From Bilabrum cf. latius (taxonomy: Eukaryota), in assembly GCA_965178125.1 (NCBI GenBank), contig OZ237736.1:1550001-1614000 (forward strand): a stretch of 64,000 bases of DNA. The letters run 5' to 3'. Of this stretch, positions 49,488 through 62,900 are shown in pieces (the first letter of the stretch is position 1; every line of letters begins with the position of its first letter). Made by a program: the position numbers and the translations under genes. The notes beneath the pieces were generated by a model. The model did not search any database. It was not told the origin of the DNA and saw only the letters and a list, made by a program, of their open reading frames with translations.

Positions 49488-50663
49488 TTAGCCTGCAGTC
49501 ACAGCCACCAGTGCAGTCCCCACGACCGCATCACTGCCCCCGAAGAATACCCGGAACACGTCTGCCTCCCCCGTCGCAAGCCTGCCAGTGATGGCCCCGC
49601 TCGAGCCCCCCCGGCCCCGGCCCGACACCCGCCGACCAAGGACCTCTCGAACCGCGGCCGTCTCTTGTGGCGTGGCGGGCGCCGCGGCCTCTAGAAACAC
49701 CACGTCAGGGACGTTACACAGCTGGGGGGCTCGCCCCGATTGCCAGTTCAGGTCAGGCGAGAGCATCGGGGCATCGGGCGCGGCTCGCTCGGCGCACGCA
49801 AAAGGGTCCTTTGTGGCATTCACCACGCACCAGGAGGCGTGATACGCCAGGCTTTTATTAGCAGAGTTGTGAAAGAACATCAGATTTCCGTCGGACAGCC
49901 GAAGGGGCGGAGGGCCGGCCTCCACCAGCCCCGCGTCGAATCCTCCGGGCCTGGGGGCCAAAAGCACGCGGTCCGTCCAGCGCCACCCCGTCAGGCCCTC
50001 CCCTGGGCGAGATACGGCCACGCGCACGATGCCTGCGCCCCAGTACAGCAGGTGCGTCCCGTTGCCGAACGGGTCGACAACGATGGCCCCCGATTTCGAC
50101 CCGGATCGGACAGATTCATTAAAGACCGCTCCGTGCCGTTCCCACACGCCGCTGGAGGGCGCCTCCGATGATGCGAGGCACAAGAAAACCTCTGTACGGT
50201 TCGGTGTTCCGCCAACGCACGTGTACATCATGTAGTATCGCCCAGAGCTGGGGTCCACCGCAACGCGGGGGTCCTCTGTACCCATGCTCTCCTCCGAAAT
50301 CCCCAGCCCTGGCCCAAACACCAGCGAGCCAGTGCTTTGAATGGGCTCCAGTGCGACCTGGCTCTACCCAGTGCGATGTATGGAGCTGAAAGCCAGCTTG
50401 GAAGGGGACTGCCGGAAGTCGCACTTTGCGCAGTAGCCTGCCTCCAGCGCGCAATCCTGCACTCGAACGAGCAGGCCCTCTTTTTGACCATTTGCCTTAT
50501 TTGCGGGAATGTATGAAGGATTGAAGGCTGCCCAGTACGCAGATGTGTTGCCAAAATGTGACAAAAGGGGCCGGTTTGGTAGATCGACAACTTCCACGCG
50601 GTAGCCAGCCGCACGGACGCGTTGAATGATGACTACAAGCAGCACAATGCACGTGATCTACAT
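49488..50663 (-). CDS. Secreted GH130-like (five-bladed beta-propeller) glycosidase/phosphorylase; TAG as codon 2 and at 50364
   Basis: AFNPS, GTEDPRV, YYMMYT, KSGAI, LVEAGPPP, NVPDVVFLEA and FFGGSDAVVGTA. ATG TAG start gives signal peptide M*ITCIVLLVVII. Ends at TAA. Confidence 0.8.
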
Positions 50664-50914
50664 GATAAATTACAATTTGGTTGCGGTAGATCGGCCCTAA
50701 CGTATGGCCGTGCGGTGCAAAGTTTTTTCCAAGGATTCAACCAGCGGATTGACTGACGATATGGATGGGCGCAATAGTACAGGGCGTGGAAGCCCGCAAA
50801 ACGAGGGTGGAGAACACACTGTAACAAAAATTGTGTGTACTGCAACCCACGGGCTGCACGTTGCCTCAAGACGGGCAATCATGGCGCACAATCGATGGCG
50901 AGCCCTGGTCGTGC

Positions 50915-53900
50915 TCACTGGCCCTCCTTCGGGGTGGTGCCTTCCTCCCGCACCCGCTGCACGTGGTGCCCAGCTTCCCGCAGGCTGCTCTCGATGTCTT
51001 GGTCCTGAGACCCTCGCCCCGCGACCCCCGGGTCCAGCCGTGGAGAACCGCCCTGCTGCGACTGCGAGTTGGACTGCGAGTAGGTGCCCCGCAGCATCTG
51101 GCCAGCGCTGCCCGCCGTGTCCCCGCGCCCGCGAGCCGACAGCGGCATCGCCCCCGCAGGCAGCCCGGACCCCGACCTGTCCAGCGCGGGCCTGGACCTG
51201 TTCCTGCTCACCGAGGTGAAGGAGGTCATGGCCCCCAACACAGAGTGGCCGCCGTCGGACCGCTAGCCCCTGGAGGAGAGCAACGACCCGCCGCTGGCAC
51301 CCAGTCGACCCAGGGCGCGGCGGGGGTCGCCGTACGGCGATCGAGGACTACCTTCATCTGCCCCTTCACGCCCGATGCCCCCCACTTCCTCCTCTTGCTT
51401 CTGCTTGTGCCTCTGCTGGCTCAGCCGGCCGCTCCTGGACCCTCTCCCAGACCCTGTCCCTGTCCCTGTCCCAGCCGTCAAATTGCCCGCGCTCTGCTCT
51501 CGGGAAGACACCCTGCTGCCACCTGACGCCTCATGCTCGCGCGCCGCCCGGTCCTCGGCATGCGCGCGAGACCCGCTGCGGCCATCCTGGCTGTGGCTGT
51601 GGCTCGCGCTCGAGTCCGCCCCTCGCGTGGTGGGCGGGGCAGCGGAGGGCCGGCGGGTCTTGCCTCGGCCGGAACGGCGGCTACCCCTCCTGTCTCTGCT
51701 TCGGCTGCTGTCGCTCAGAGCAGACGCCCGGCTCTGGCTCCGTCGCTACGAGGCCCTGTCCTCCGTGCTGGACCGACGGGAATCAGCCCCACTGCTAGCC
51801 CTCCCGTCGCCGCCCTCACCCGCAGCCTCCAAGGCCTGCTGAACGTGTGAGGACGCGAACTCGAAGCGTTTCTTGCTCGGGACTGACCTCGCGCCCGCCA
51901 TAGACTTGGGGTGGGCTCGATCCCCCTGATGCCGCGAGCGGGCAGGCAGCCCAGTCTTGGCGTGTACCAGCCGCCGGCTGCTGCCGCCAGACGCACCGGC
52001 TCTGTTCCCCAGCGCCCTCTGGGAGACGGAGGGACCTTGACCCGCGCCAGCACCCGCCGCCAGGTTCAGAGATCGGCTGGACTGCGGCCGGCGCTTCGCA
52101 AAGAGATCTCTCAGCCGCCCCAACTCTACCCGCTCCCCTGCACCACTGCCGCCGGCGTCACCGCGGTCGGTGTCCCGACGGTCCTTCGATGAAGTTGCCC
52201 TCACATGGCGCTGCAGCCGCCCGAGGCTGCGGGCGGATTCACGCTGAGCAGGGGGCTGGGGACCCCGCCTACCGTGGGCCCGGTGTCGCTACTAGGAGGC
52301 AGAGGAGGAGGGCGGCGGCGGGGCAGTCCCAGAGCTGCGGCGGTGCTCAATCACACCTACCCCTCCTCGCCCTCTTCCACATCCGTCCGCTCGCGCGCCC
52401 TAGTCCTCTCGGTCATCGTAGTACGCGTCTCTGTCGTCATAAGCGACTTGCCCGCGCCCGCGCCCGGATCGTCTGCCAGAGTCAGCCCGCCGGCAATCGT
52501 AGCTACCCGCCCCCGAGGTGCCCCCGATCGTCAGCAAGTCATCGTCGTCCTCTTCCTCCTCTTCAAGCTCCCGCTCGAGCTGGTCCTCCTCCTCCTCCCG
52601 CTGCCGCACCGACGCCTCGATCCGCCGGAGGGCCCGCCGGAGGGACCTCATCTCGTCCTGCTGCTGCGCGATCCCGCGAAGCACGGTGGCCAGCGCATCT
52701 GCAGGCACCCCTATGATCGGAGCAGAACCCGCGCTGGATAACCCGAGCTGCCCCACCGAGGCACCGAGTCCCTGCCGTGCCGCCGTCCGTCCGCCGTGCA
52801 TCGCCTACACCTGCGCTGCCATCTCAGCCGCCCCGCTGCTACTGCGGCGGGCCGCTTGCTGCACCGCCTGGTCAGCCTCCGACAAGGAGGTTGCCCGTAC
52901 CTGCCCCTCTGCGCCCCCACTGCTCTTGCGCTGGGAGGAGGCCCCTCCGCTTGAGGCCACCGACCCTGACCCTGCCATCTCCAGGTGCCGTGCCACGCTG
53001 GGCATGAGGTGTTCCCTCGGCGTGGAAGGGGAGGCTCCCATGGGCCGACGCCCGCCACTGCCCACAGATGAAGAGTTGTCTGTGGCCAGCGACCGCAGGC
53101 CCCGACCCTTCTTGTGCCTCTCCCTGGAGCCCGGGCCCGTGTCAGCGTCCTCGTCCTTGTCTCCGAGGTGGTGCTGCGGCGGGGTGCTGGCAGCGCTGGA
53201 AGATTTGGTGGACTTGCGGCCGTCCTGCGCGGCGCTGTGGCGGTCGCTTGTGTCCGCGCCGGCCTGGGATCGAGACCCGGTGGAAGGTCCCCCCACCGAG
53301 GACGATGTCGCGACCGAGTGCGAGTGCGAGTGCGACACCCCGGACTGGGGGCCCACGGAGCGCGGGTGGGAGGCGGCGCGGGACCTGGTGTGCAGCTCCT
53401 TGCCCGGCCTGGACTGCGGGTCCTGCTCTTGTCTTGCCGCTGCGTCCGAGATGCGCACGGACTTGCGCGCCGTGCTGCTACCACTGCGGCTAGTGTGCAT
53501 GGACCCCTCCCCTCCTGTGGCCGAGGACCTGCTCCCATGCTTGCTGAGCCCGCCTGCCGTGTGGCGGTCTCCGTCCTTGTCCTCCTCCTCGTCCTCTTCA
53601 TCCTCCTCCTCCTCTGCATGGGCCTCCTCAGACACGAGCGGCAGCACCTCACCTCCCCGGCCAGACGCCTCCCCTGAGGTTGCTGATCCAACCGAGCTCA
53701 CCCGCCCCAGTCGCGGACTGCTCTGACCCGAGGCACCCACGAGTCCGCCGCCCTGCAGCGACCCGTGTTTCGGCGAGCCCCCATCCTCGCCGGCACCGGC
53801 CCCCAGGTCCCACGGCCGCCCGAGCCCGCCCCCTTCGGTGTTGGACCGACGCAGCACCATCATGCCCCCAGGGCCTGACCCACCCTATTCTGCAGTGGGG

Positions 53901-56900
53901 TGGAACCCCTCGGGACCCCCCTCTTCCATTACCTGCGCCTCGGGGGGCGGCTGCAGCTGCATGCCAGGCACCCGCACCGAGGACCCCTCTGGACTACCTG
54001 GGGGTGCCACCTGCTGCGCAAGCGGGGATCCGATGGGCAGATGACTCATGCTGTGCGCCCGTCGGGGCCGCACCCCCCCTGGTGAGAGACTAAGCGCCTC
54101 CTGCTGCCTGCGGGCCTGGAACCCATAGGCCTGTCTCCGCATCTGCTGCTGCAGCTTCATGCGGGTCAGGTGCGCCATCCCGAACACGCGCGTGGGGGAG
54201 GCCCACCCACCTCCCTTCGAGCCTTCAGTCCCGGTCCCGGTCCCGGTCCCGGTCCTCCCTGAACCGGTGCCAGCAGCCCCATCCCCGGCGGCACCCTCTG
54301 AGGCAGCTCCGGACACGGCGCGCTGCTCCCGGACCTGGATGGACAGACCGCCCGCACCTGCCACACCCACCGCATCCCTGTCTCCGTGGCTCGAGTCGCT
54401 CTCCCCAGACGAACCGCCCATCATCTGCGCCTCATCGCCCGCGCTCCTGGACCGGCGCTGCCCTCGCCGGACGTTCTGCGATCCAGCAAACTTGCTGAGC
54501 ATGGCAGCGGCCCTCGCCTTTGCCTTGGCCTCGGAGCCCGCTTCCGACACGCTCCCCGAGCCCGCCCTATCTCTTGTTCCCTGGGCAACGTCACCGTTAC
54601 TAGTCGAGTCGCTCTGCAGCTGCGCCGTTGCCTTTGCGGCGACCATGGCCTTCTTCACTGCGGGTGCAGGTAGTGCAAAGGAGTGGCTGCGGGACCGCTG
54701 CCTCGTGTCAGCCGGCAGGTCAGGCACCACGTCCCACGGAGAGGGAGAAGGGGAGGGGGAGCTTGCCGCGGGACTGGGGTCCCCAGAGCCCTCCTTCCGC
54801 TTGCCGGGGCTCCCGCCCGCGTCGGACCCCGTGGGGGCCTCGCCGGTTTCTGTCCTGCGGCGGCTGCTGCTGCGATCACCCACAGTTGAAGCCGTGCGGT
54901 CACCGGTGCCCACGCGATCGGTGTAGGACCCCGCTCTGCCTCGACCCCGGCCCGCGCCCCTGACTGCGCTCACGTTGCCCGAGGAGGCACTCAGCGCGCC
55001 AAACACGCTACCAGGGGGCGGCCCCGCCGAGCTGAGCGCCTTGGGCAGGTCTCCGGCGGTGTCTGCGTCATTCTCGCCGGTGCCGCCCGCCCCGCCGCTG
55101 CCGACCGACGTGCGCTCCCTGAGTGAGTTCTGATCCGATTTTTGGCTCGTGTTGGAGCTGCCGCCCGTCCTGCGACTCCTTGACCCACGGCTCCTGGATC
55201 CCCCTCCGCGGCTCGACCTGCGACTACCCCTGACCGACCTGCGCGACTTGGCCTCCTCCTCCACTGCAGCCGCTGCCTCGGCGGCCTGCGCCTCGGCAAG
55301 CAATATGTCGCGCTCCTCGTCCCGCCCCAGCTGGCCCAGCATGATGGCCCGCTGCCGCACGGATGTCTCGTCACTCCCGGCAGACACACCCGAGCGCCGG
55401 GAGTCCGCGGTCGTGAGTCTGCCAGAGTTACCGAGCGCACCGCTGGCCGGGGTACCGTACGGTGAGTTGCCCTCGGTGGGGCTGAGCCGAGGCTTGCCTG
55501 TACTAGCCCCGCCCTTCTTTCGTTCCTTACCTCCCTTAGGATCTCCATGCTTCTCATTGTGCCTGTGCGCGTGCCTGGCCTGGCCCCCTGCTGACTGGCC
55601 CATGCTGCCCGCACCGGTGGGCCCGCTGCCGCTGCGGCCGTCCTCCACAGACACTTCTCCCGCAGAAGAGCGGGTGGGGTGCTTGCCCGCCAGCTCGTCC
55701 AGCGTGTCCGCCAGAGTGGCGAGGGCACCTGCCACGGCACCCTCGCCCTTGTCGTCCCCCTCCCCGGCGCTGCTGTGCGTCGGGGACTGGGCAGTGCGCG
55801 CATGTCCGGCAATTCTCTCTCCGTGAGGCTCGTGAGGCTCGTCTTCGTCACTAAGCCGCAGAGAAGACTAGATCGTGCCCAGGCTGCGCTGGCCCAGGGT
55901 GTCGCGCCGCTGCTTCCCTCCCACTCGCCGCACGCCGCCGCGCCTGCTGCTGCCTCCGCTGTGCCCTCGATTCCTGCCGCGCCGGGATCGGCGACTGCCG
56001 CTGCCCGATGCTGTGGATCCCTCCGCGCGCCTGCGGCGGCTCCTTCCCTCTCCCCCGGTGATGCTGCTCGAGTCATCCGTCTCAGACCCGTGCCCGGGGG
56101 CCTCGGGCACCGCCTGCAGCAGCCGCAAGCCAGATCCAGTCCCCCGGCTCATCTGCATGGAGGGCGGCCGCCTCATGTTGAGCATGCCAGCGGGAGGGTC
56201 CCGGTGCCCCTCTTGCCGCTGTTGTTGGGGCTGCTCACCGTGCCCCCGGTCTCGACTGCGGCCCCCTGCGAAACTGTTGCGTTTCACCCGCAGCATATCC
56301 TGGGTCATCTCGTCCCTGGTGCCTCGATCCGCGCTCAGGCGGGGCCTCCGCTTCCCCACCACGCTGCGAGCCGAGGTGCTCTTGCGCAACATCGCCCGCC
56401 GCGCCCTCCTGCGCCTCTCTGAAAGACCGCCCACCCGATCCCCAGCGCCACTGGATTCCCCGGCGCTGCCGCGTGGCGAGGGGCCCCGCCGCCCGCCAAA
56501 CCCGCGCCGCGACCGAGCCCGTGCGCCCTTACCGATACCCGGTGCCCTCGACACTCCCTCCTCCCCTCGTTTGCCATCGCTGTCCGAGGCGTGGTAGCTG
56601 TACACGCTCTCGTCCCCATGCAGCCCCTCCTCCTCTTCTTCAACTCCCTCGTCCACTTCCATGACGCTAGCCATCGGCCCGGTCCCGCCGTATCCCGCCC
56701 CGACCTCGCCCTCACCATCGTCCTCGTAGTAGTCCTCGCCTTCGCTTCCCATCCCGTCGCCTGGGCCTCTGCTGTGGTACCCATCCCCGCCGTCACCTTC
56801 CCCCTGGCCCTCCGCACCCCCTTGCCCCAGCATCTGGTTCTCGATGGCGGCGGCGTTACGCTCCCACTGCCGCTGCTGCTGCCGCTGGGTGATCTCGTGG

Positions 56901-59900
56901 TATGCCTGGTTGAAGTTTGAACCCAGGATGGAGATGGGCAGTGCCAGCAGCAGCACACCGCCGAGCACGGTCAGCGTGCCCGCCAGCCGGCCCCACGTCG
57001 TCGTTGGGACCACGTCGCCGTACCCAGCAGTGGTGGCGCTGATGACAACGTACCAGAAGCTCTGCGGGATGCTAGTGAAGGGCGTGGGCTCCTCCTCTGT
57101 CCGGAGTCCATTCGGCCTGACGAAGCGCCCCTGCTGCTCGTCCCATGTCCCTTGCTCGGCGAAGAACACGAGAGACCCGAACACCACCACGGCCAGCAGC
57201 ACGAAGAAAAGTGTCAGCAGGAGAGCGTCCACTGAGCGGGACAGCGCGTTCCCGATCATCCGGAGTCCGTTGGAGCGCCTGCCCAGCTTGAAGATCCGGA
57301 GAACCCTGCCGAGGCGCAGCACGCGCAGGATCGCTAGTGAGCTCGCGTTCGCGTTGCCATCCGCACCTGCGCCCAGCGCTGCCAGCGCCAGCTCCACGTA
57401 GAACGGCAGGATGGCCAGCAGGTCCACGACCTCCATCGGGCCGAGGGCGAAGCGCCGCATATCTGCGAGAGCACGGCCCAGGCTGCTGCAGGCCGCGCGC
57501 CGGTGGCAGCAGCAGATGCAGCTGAACCAGGGCGCCCGCTTTGGGTGCTTGGCCGCGGGCCCGTACGGCACCTCCACGCGACGGAGCACCTCCGACTCTG
57601 GACCATCCAGACCGTTAGCGTCCCCGCCAAAAGCACCGTGCTACTGGACTTCTTCTTCGTCTCCTTCGAACGATTCCCATGGTGGGAGGATGCCGCAGGT
57701 CCCGGCACAGCACCAGCATCCGCCTTCCGCTTCGTCGCCCGCTACTGCCACCGACCACAGGCGGTGCACGGCCTCGTCCCGCCGCAGCTCCGCGCGAGCC
57801 AGCCGCCTTGCTGCCGAGTAGGCTCGCTGCAGCAGCGGGTCTGGCTGTGGCGGCAGCGCCACCATCGTCTCCCCCCTGGCGTGGCCCCCCGCCGCCCCTA
57901 GATCGCCCCCGTCCTGGTCCTTGCCCTCGCCCGAGTCGCCTGCGATGTCGATGCGCAGCTGTGACGAGGACTGTGCGATGCGGCCGGAGCCCTGCTGCTT
58001 CCATTGATCGAGAGCGGTACGCCGCTGCTCCCTGCGATCACCCGCGAAGTCCATGGCAGAAATCCTCGCGGCTGGGCCCGCTGCATCCGCGGCGATCTTT
58101 GCACTCTCTGCCGCGAGGAAGAGCGCACCACGGGCCCGCAGCATGTGGTCGGCGGCGCGGCATCGCCGAGTCCACAGTCTCCTAGAACTGATGCACGGCA
58201 CTGCAACCTCTACCACGGCAGCGTCACTGCCCTTGGGCGGTTCCTGTTCCTCTCCAGCTGCGTCCTTTGCGCTGCTTCTGTCGCTGTCAGCATCCGGGGA
58301 CTGCACATCCACGACCGCGATGTCTCCGCCGTGCATGGCCACGGGTGAGCTGGGGATCGACTGCGCAAGCAGAGGGTCCGGCGACGCACCCGAGTCCTCG
58401 TTGGTCTTGGGAGTGCCGCCGCCGGAAGGCTGCAAGCCAGAGGTAGGCGAGATCCTGCTGGCACGCCGCACCCTCACTCCCGTGTTCTTCTTTTCCATGG
58501 CCGTTCGCAGCGCGTCGCTCGTGCTAGTCCTCGTCCTGCGGATGCGGGTCGGGCTCGAGGAGGACAAGGCGTCCCAGCGCATCACCAACCGCCCTAGTCC
58601 GCTGGCGCCTCCCGTGCTGTTGCTCTCGCTATCACCACCGTGCAATACCTCTTGCTCGTCCTGAGGTGAGGTCAGGAACTGCATGAACGCCTCATCGTCG
58701 AGCTCAGAGCTGTCCTCGTCCTCCTCCAGCGCGTCCTCGAGCTCATCCTCCCAGCGAGCCGTCACCTGCTCCTGCCAGGGCTCTGGCCTGGCCCACGTGG
58801 TGACCAACCGCCCCATGTACTCGAACGTAAATAGAACCACACAGACAGCCTCTACCCACGCAAACACATCCACCCCGAGCCGCACTTGCTCCTCTAGCTC
58901 CTCTGCTCGTGCCACGTCCGGAAGGTTACCGATGCCAGCCTCGTTCCGAGCCAGCAGCAGGCCGGCCTCCTGAAACCTGCCCTGCTTGCCGAGTCGATAT
59001 GCAGGCCCACTCTCGATGCAGAAAGACACGACGCTCAATAGGATGGCAAGCATCACGACCATGCCAAAGAACTGACCAGAGGCGCTGTTCGGACTGCCCG
59101 ACAGCACCAGGTGAGCCGCGTAGCATCGACGCACGCACAAAGAGGGGTACGCAAACGGCGGGTACTCGCCGATGGGCTGCCCCGAGCCACCCGGCATTCC
59201 ACTGCCGAAGCTGCCATGCTCTTCGTCTGGTTTCAAGGAACCACCATCCCCGGGCCCGGTGGCAGTGCGATGGGACGACTTCCGTACATCGCTGTCTCCT
59301 CTTCCGCAGCACCCGCTGGCCTCGTCCTCGCCCTCCGTCGGCGGGAGCCAAGCCCTGCCAGCAGCCCGCACCACCGCGGACGGTGCCACGATGCAGCCAT
59401 CGTCCCCGATGGGAGGGGCCTCGTTCTGTGCCTGGTCGAGCCAGTCGGCTGCGCGCCCCACGAGCTCCGGGTCATCGGCCCCCGTGTCGTCGAGCTCGCG
59501 CTCCACTGTCTGCGCGTTGTGAAGGCTGCCTGCTGCCACGCTCATCCTTTGCAGCCATCGGCTCACATCTCCGCGAGCCTCCTGAATTGCATGCGCGGGA
59601 GGGCGAGGCAGCCGCAAGAAACCCACGTCGGGCTCGTCCTCGGGCCCAGGAGAAGGGGCCACTGGCGAAGGCTGCCCATCAGCGGCGGGCCCGACTTTGG
59701 CCGATGAATTCGCATGCGATGCGCCGAGGCCAAGCCGTTCTTGCGTGATGCGCAAAGACTGCTGCGGAGCCAACGAGGCTCGGGGCCTCGGCTTGGCTGG
59801 GAGGACCGGTGCCACGGATGGGGGCCTCAGGCCACCGCTCGTGCCGCGGTCCCCTCCACTGGCGGCCTTGGCGTCCCCGCCGCCCGTAGTGGTCGTGCCC

Positions 59901-62900
59901 TGCAGCGCGGGGTCGCCGATGGGCAGTCTCGTCAGCGACCCACTGCGGCTGAGGGCTCGCACCAGCATACCCTGCACCTCTTTTTGTTCCCCCATATCCG
60001 CCGTGGACGCCCGCAGCGCCTTCCAGGCGAACACAGCGGCGTCCTCCGGCGCACTCCTGGGCCTCTCCCACCCTCCGGCTCCCAGACGCCGCGTGGAGCC
60101 TCCCGCCCCCTGGATGCGCAGCTCCAACCCTGCGTCCCACTGCCAACGCCATTCCTCCTTGTGCTCGTGCGACCACCCCTCGTAGTCTTTCTCGTCGAAC
60201 TCTGCCATGCCCTGGGGCGGGCTCGGCCCCGGCCTGGTCTCATCGTGGTACTCAAACCCATCCCCCAGGCGGCCGATCTCGAAGTTCCACACGCGCCGCC
60301 ACGGCTCTGTTGGGAACACTGGCTATCCGCAGACAACGCCGCCCCACGCGATTCGCAGCCGCCCCAGCCCCGCGCCAACGGAGAACATTGGCTTCACCAG
60401 GCTAGACAGCCTGCAGCAGCACGGCATCAGCGCGTGCCATAGCGCCTTCATACTCACGTAGCGACAGCATCCCGCCGGCTCGTCTGCCAGATTCGCCACG
60501 GTACGGCTGCCCGGCCGACTCGTACTCCCACCGCACGAAATGCAGCAGCAGCAGCATGAGCAGCAGGTAGACAGGCATGAGCTGCACGACTCGCAGCCCT
60601 CGACGTAGCAGAGCGGTAGCCTTGGCCTCCTGCTCATGTGCAGCCCTGCCAGCGCGTGCTTCCGCGCCTCGAGCTGGCTGCGCTTCGACTCGTCGGATCC
60701 GCCGGATGGCCGCAGCGGTCCCTGCCCCCGGCCCCCCGCCCCCCCAGCCCCGGGGATGCCCCCGTCCCGTGGTCCCGGTGCGCCCTCCCTCCCCGACCAG
60801 TACCCCTCCGATCTCTGCCCCGCGCCGACCGCACGGTTGTTGGGCGAACCCCCCGACGACTCCCATCCCTCTGACCCTGCTTCACGCGTGCCTCGCGGCC
60901 GCTGCCGCACCGCGTCCACGTCGATGAGGCCGATGCTACGCTCCGAGACGTGGCTCCGCGGGGCCCTCCGAGAGCGCCGCCGCATGGATTCCTGGAAGAA
61001 ATGGCGGCCACGAGCACCCGCGCTCGCGTCGGAGTCCATCATCGCTGTTGTGGGTCTTGACCCTGACTCCCGATGGCCCATCGTGGCGGAATGAGGATGA
61101 CTCCCGCTGGCCTCGCTGTCAGACTCACCCACTCCGCGCCCGCTGCCAGTCCGCCCGAACCCGCCAGTGCCGCCCCCTCCACCGTGCACGTGCTGCCCCT
61201 GTCCCTGGTCCAGGGAGTGGTGCGCCGTCGCGATGCCCAGCAGTCCACCCATCCCTCCAAACTGAGGGGTCTGCCCCGCGGCGCTCAGACGGTTGGACCC
61301 ACGCCGCGAGAGACCACCTTTGAACTCTGTGTTGCGGCGCTGGTGCCGCCGTCGAGTGGACGGGGGCCGAGGGGCCCCTGCCCCACTCCCTGCAGCCCAG
61401 CGCACCTCCCCAGTCTCATCATCCTCGTGCCCGTGACCGTGACCATGGTCCTGGCCACGGCCGTGCCCATGGTGCTGCTGCTCTACTTGATCCTGATCAT
61501 GTTCGTGCTCTTCGCTCTGTAGCCCAGAGGTCTTCAGCCGGGGCAGGTGCCGCCGCCCCTTCTCAGATTGTTCCCTCTGTTCGAGCCATTGCTGCCGGTG
61601 GCGAGGAGGTGGTGGGGGCGGCTTGGCATTGGCAGCCCCTGACTGCCCGTCTTCGCCCTTCGGCCACTCGTCTTGTCCCCGGGGGTATTCGCGAGCGGCG
61701 GTCTGTCCTTCCTGCCAGTGGTCGGTATCCTCCTGCCCGCCTCCCTGATGGCTGCCCTCGTCCTCGCTGTCGCCATCCTGATCCGCCCTCTCCATTTCCT
61801 CCTTCTCCTCCTTCTCCTCCTTCTCCCGCCTCGCCTTGGCAAGCGCTCGCATCCTCGCGAAGTTAGGGAGCATCCCCTGAAAGGAGCCCGAGGACGGCCT
61901 CCCGCTACCGCCTTCCTGCGCGCCGCCGTCTTGCGCCTCCCCTTTCGAGTCCTTGCTGCCTCCCCCGCCGCCGTCGCCCTTGTTCCTCGAGGTGCCAGCG
62001 CCCCCTGCCTACGCGTCGGCCCCCTCGTCAGGGCCCGTGGCGGCGGACTTGCCCCTGGACGCCCCGCTCTGCGTGTCGCTGGTGCCCTCTGCCTGGCCAG
62101 GCAACCTCGCCCGCATGCCGGCCTCGGCATCAGCCGCGCTGGGCTCCCGCCCGGACCGAGGCACCCGCTCCGGCACGGGCTCGGCGGCCGACCCGGAGTG
62201 AGACCTCTCCGCGTCGCTGATGATCCCGGTCGCAGGCACCACCTCGTCCTGAGACACGTCCTCCTGTCGGGCGGAGGAGCCCCCTGCGCCGTCCTTGGGG
62301 GCACCTGCCCCAGCTCGCCGGGCCCACGAGAGCCGGGACTGCATCTCAGGCCGCCAGCTCTGCCCGTGCTCCATCACTGAGGTCGAACGACGGCGAGACG
62401 AAGAACCGGCTGCGGGACCGCTCGACTCATGCACGGATCCAGACGCCTGCGACACCTGCAACGAACCGCTCCCAAACGCCGAGGACTCTGCCCCGGGCTG
62501 GTCGTGCGCGGAGTGTGCGGACCCATGGGCTGGCACCCCCTGCTGGCTCCTAGAGTGCCCCGGGGTCTCGTCAAGCAGCGACCGCCGCGAGCCCGAGACG
62601 AGTGCTTCCACTTCTCCGCTGGGTCGCCGCTCACGCCTGCTCCTTGGTTTCCCTTGAGTCACCAGAACCGCCAGCCGGGGGGCCCGGGCGGACCCAGATC
62701 TCACGTGCGTTGTCCCTTCATTGCGGCCCTGGGGCTGCTCCACGCGGTCCCCTGGGTCAAGCGGAGGTGTTGGAACGACCCCGATAGGCCCTCTGACGTC
62801 AGTTCCGCTCGAGTCAGAGCTCCCATGTTCCACAGAGGGTGGGGCCGCTCGCAGACCGACGGAGCGCCGTTCCGACACAGGACTTGCAGCCCCAACCGCG

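Noticed and set aside
49098-49591. Metallothionein-like CCTHWQEN, PLLH and QQWV ORFs
   Set aside because: These are alternative-frame translations of the 12/36-bp minisatellite with no independent coding support.
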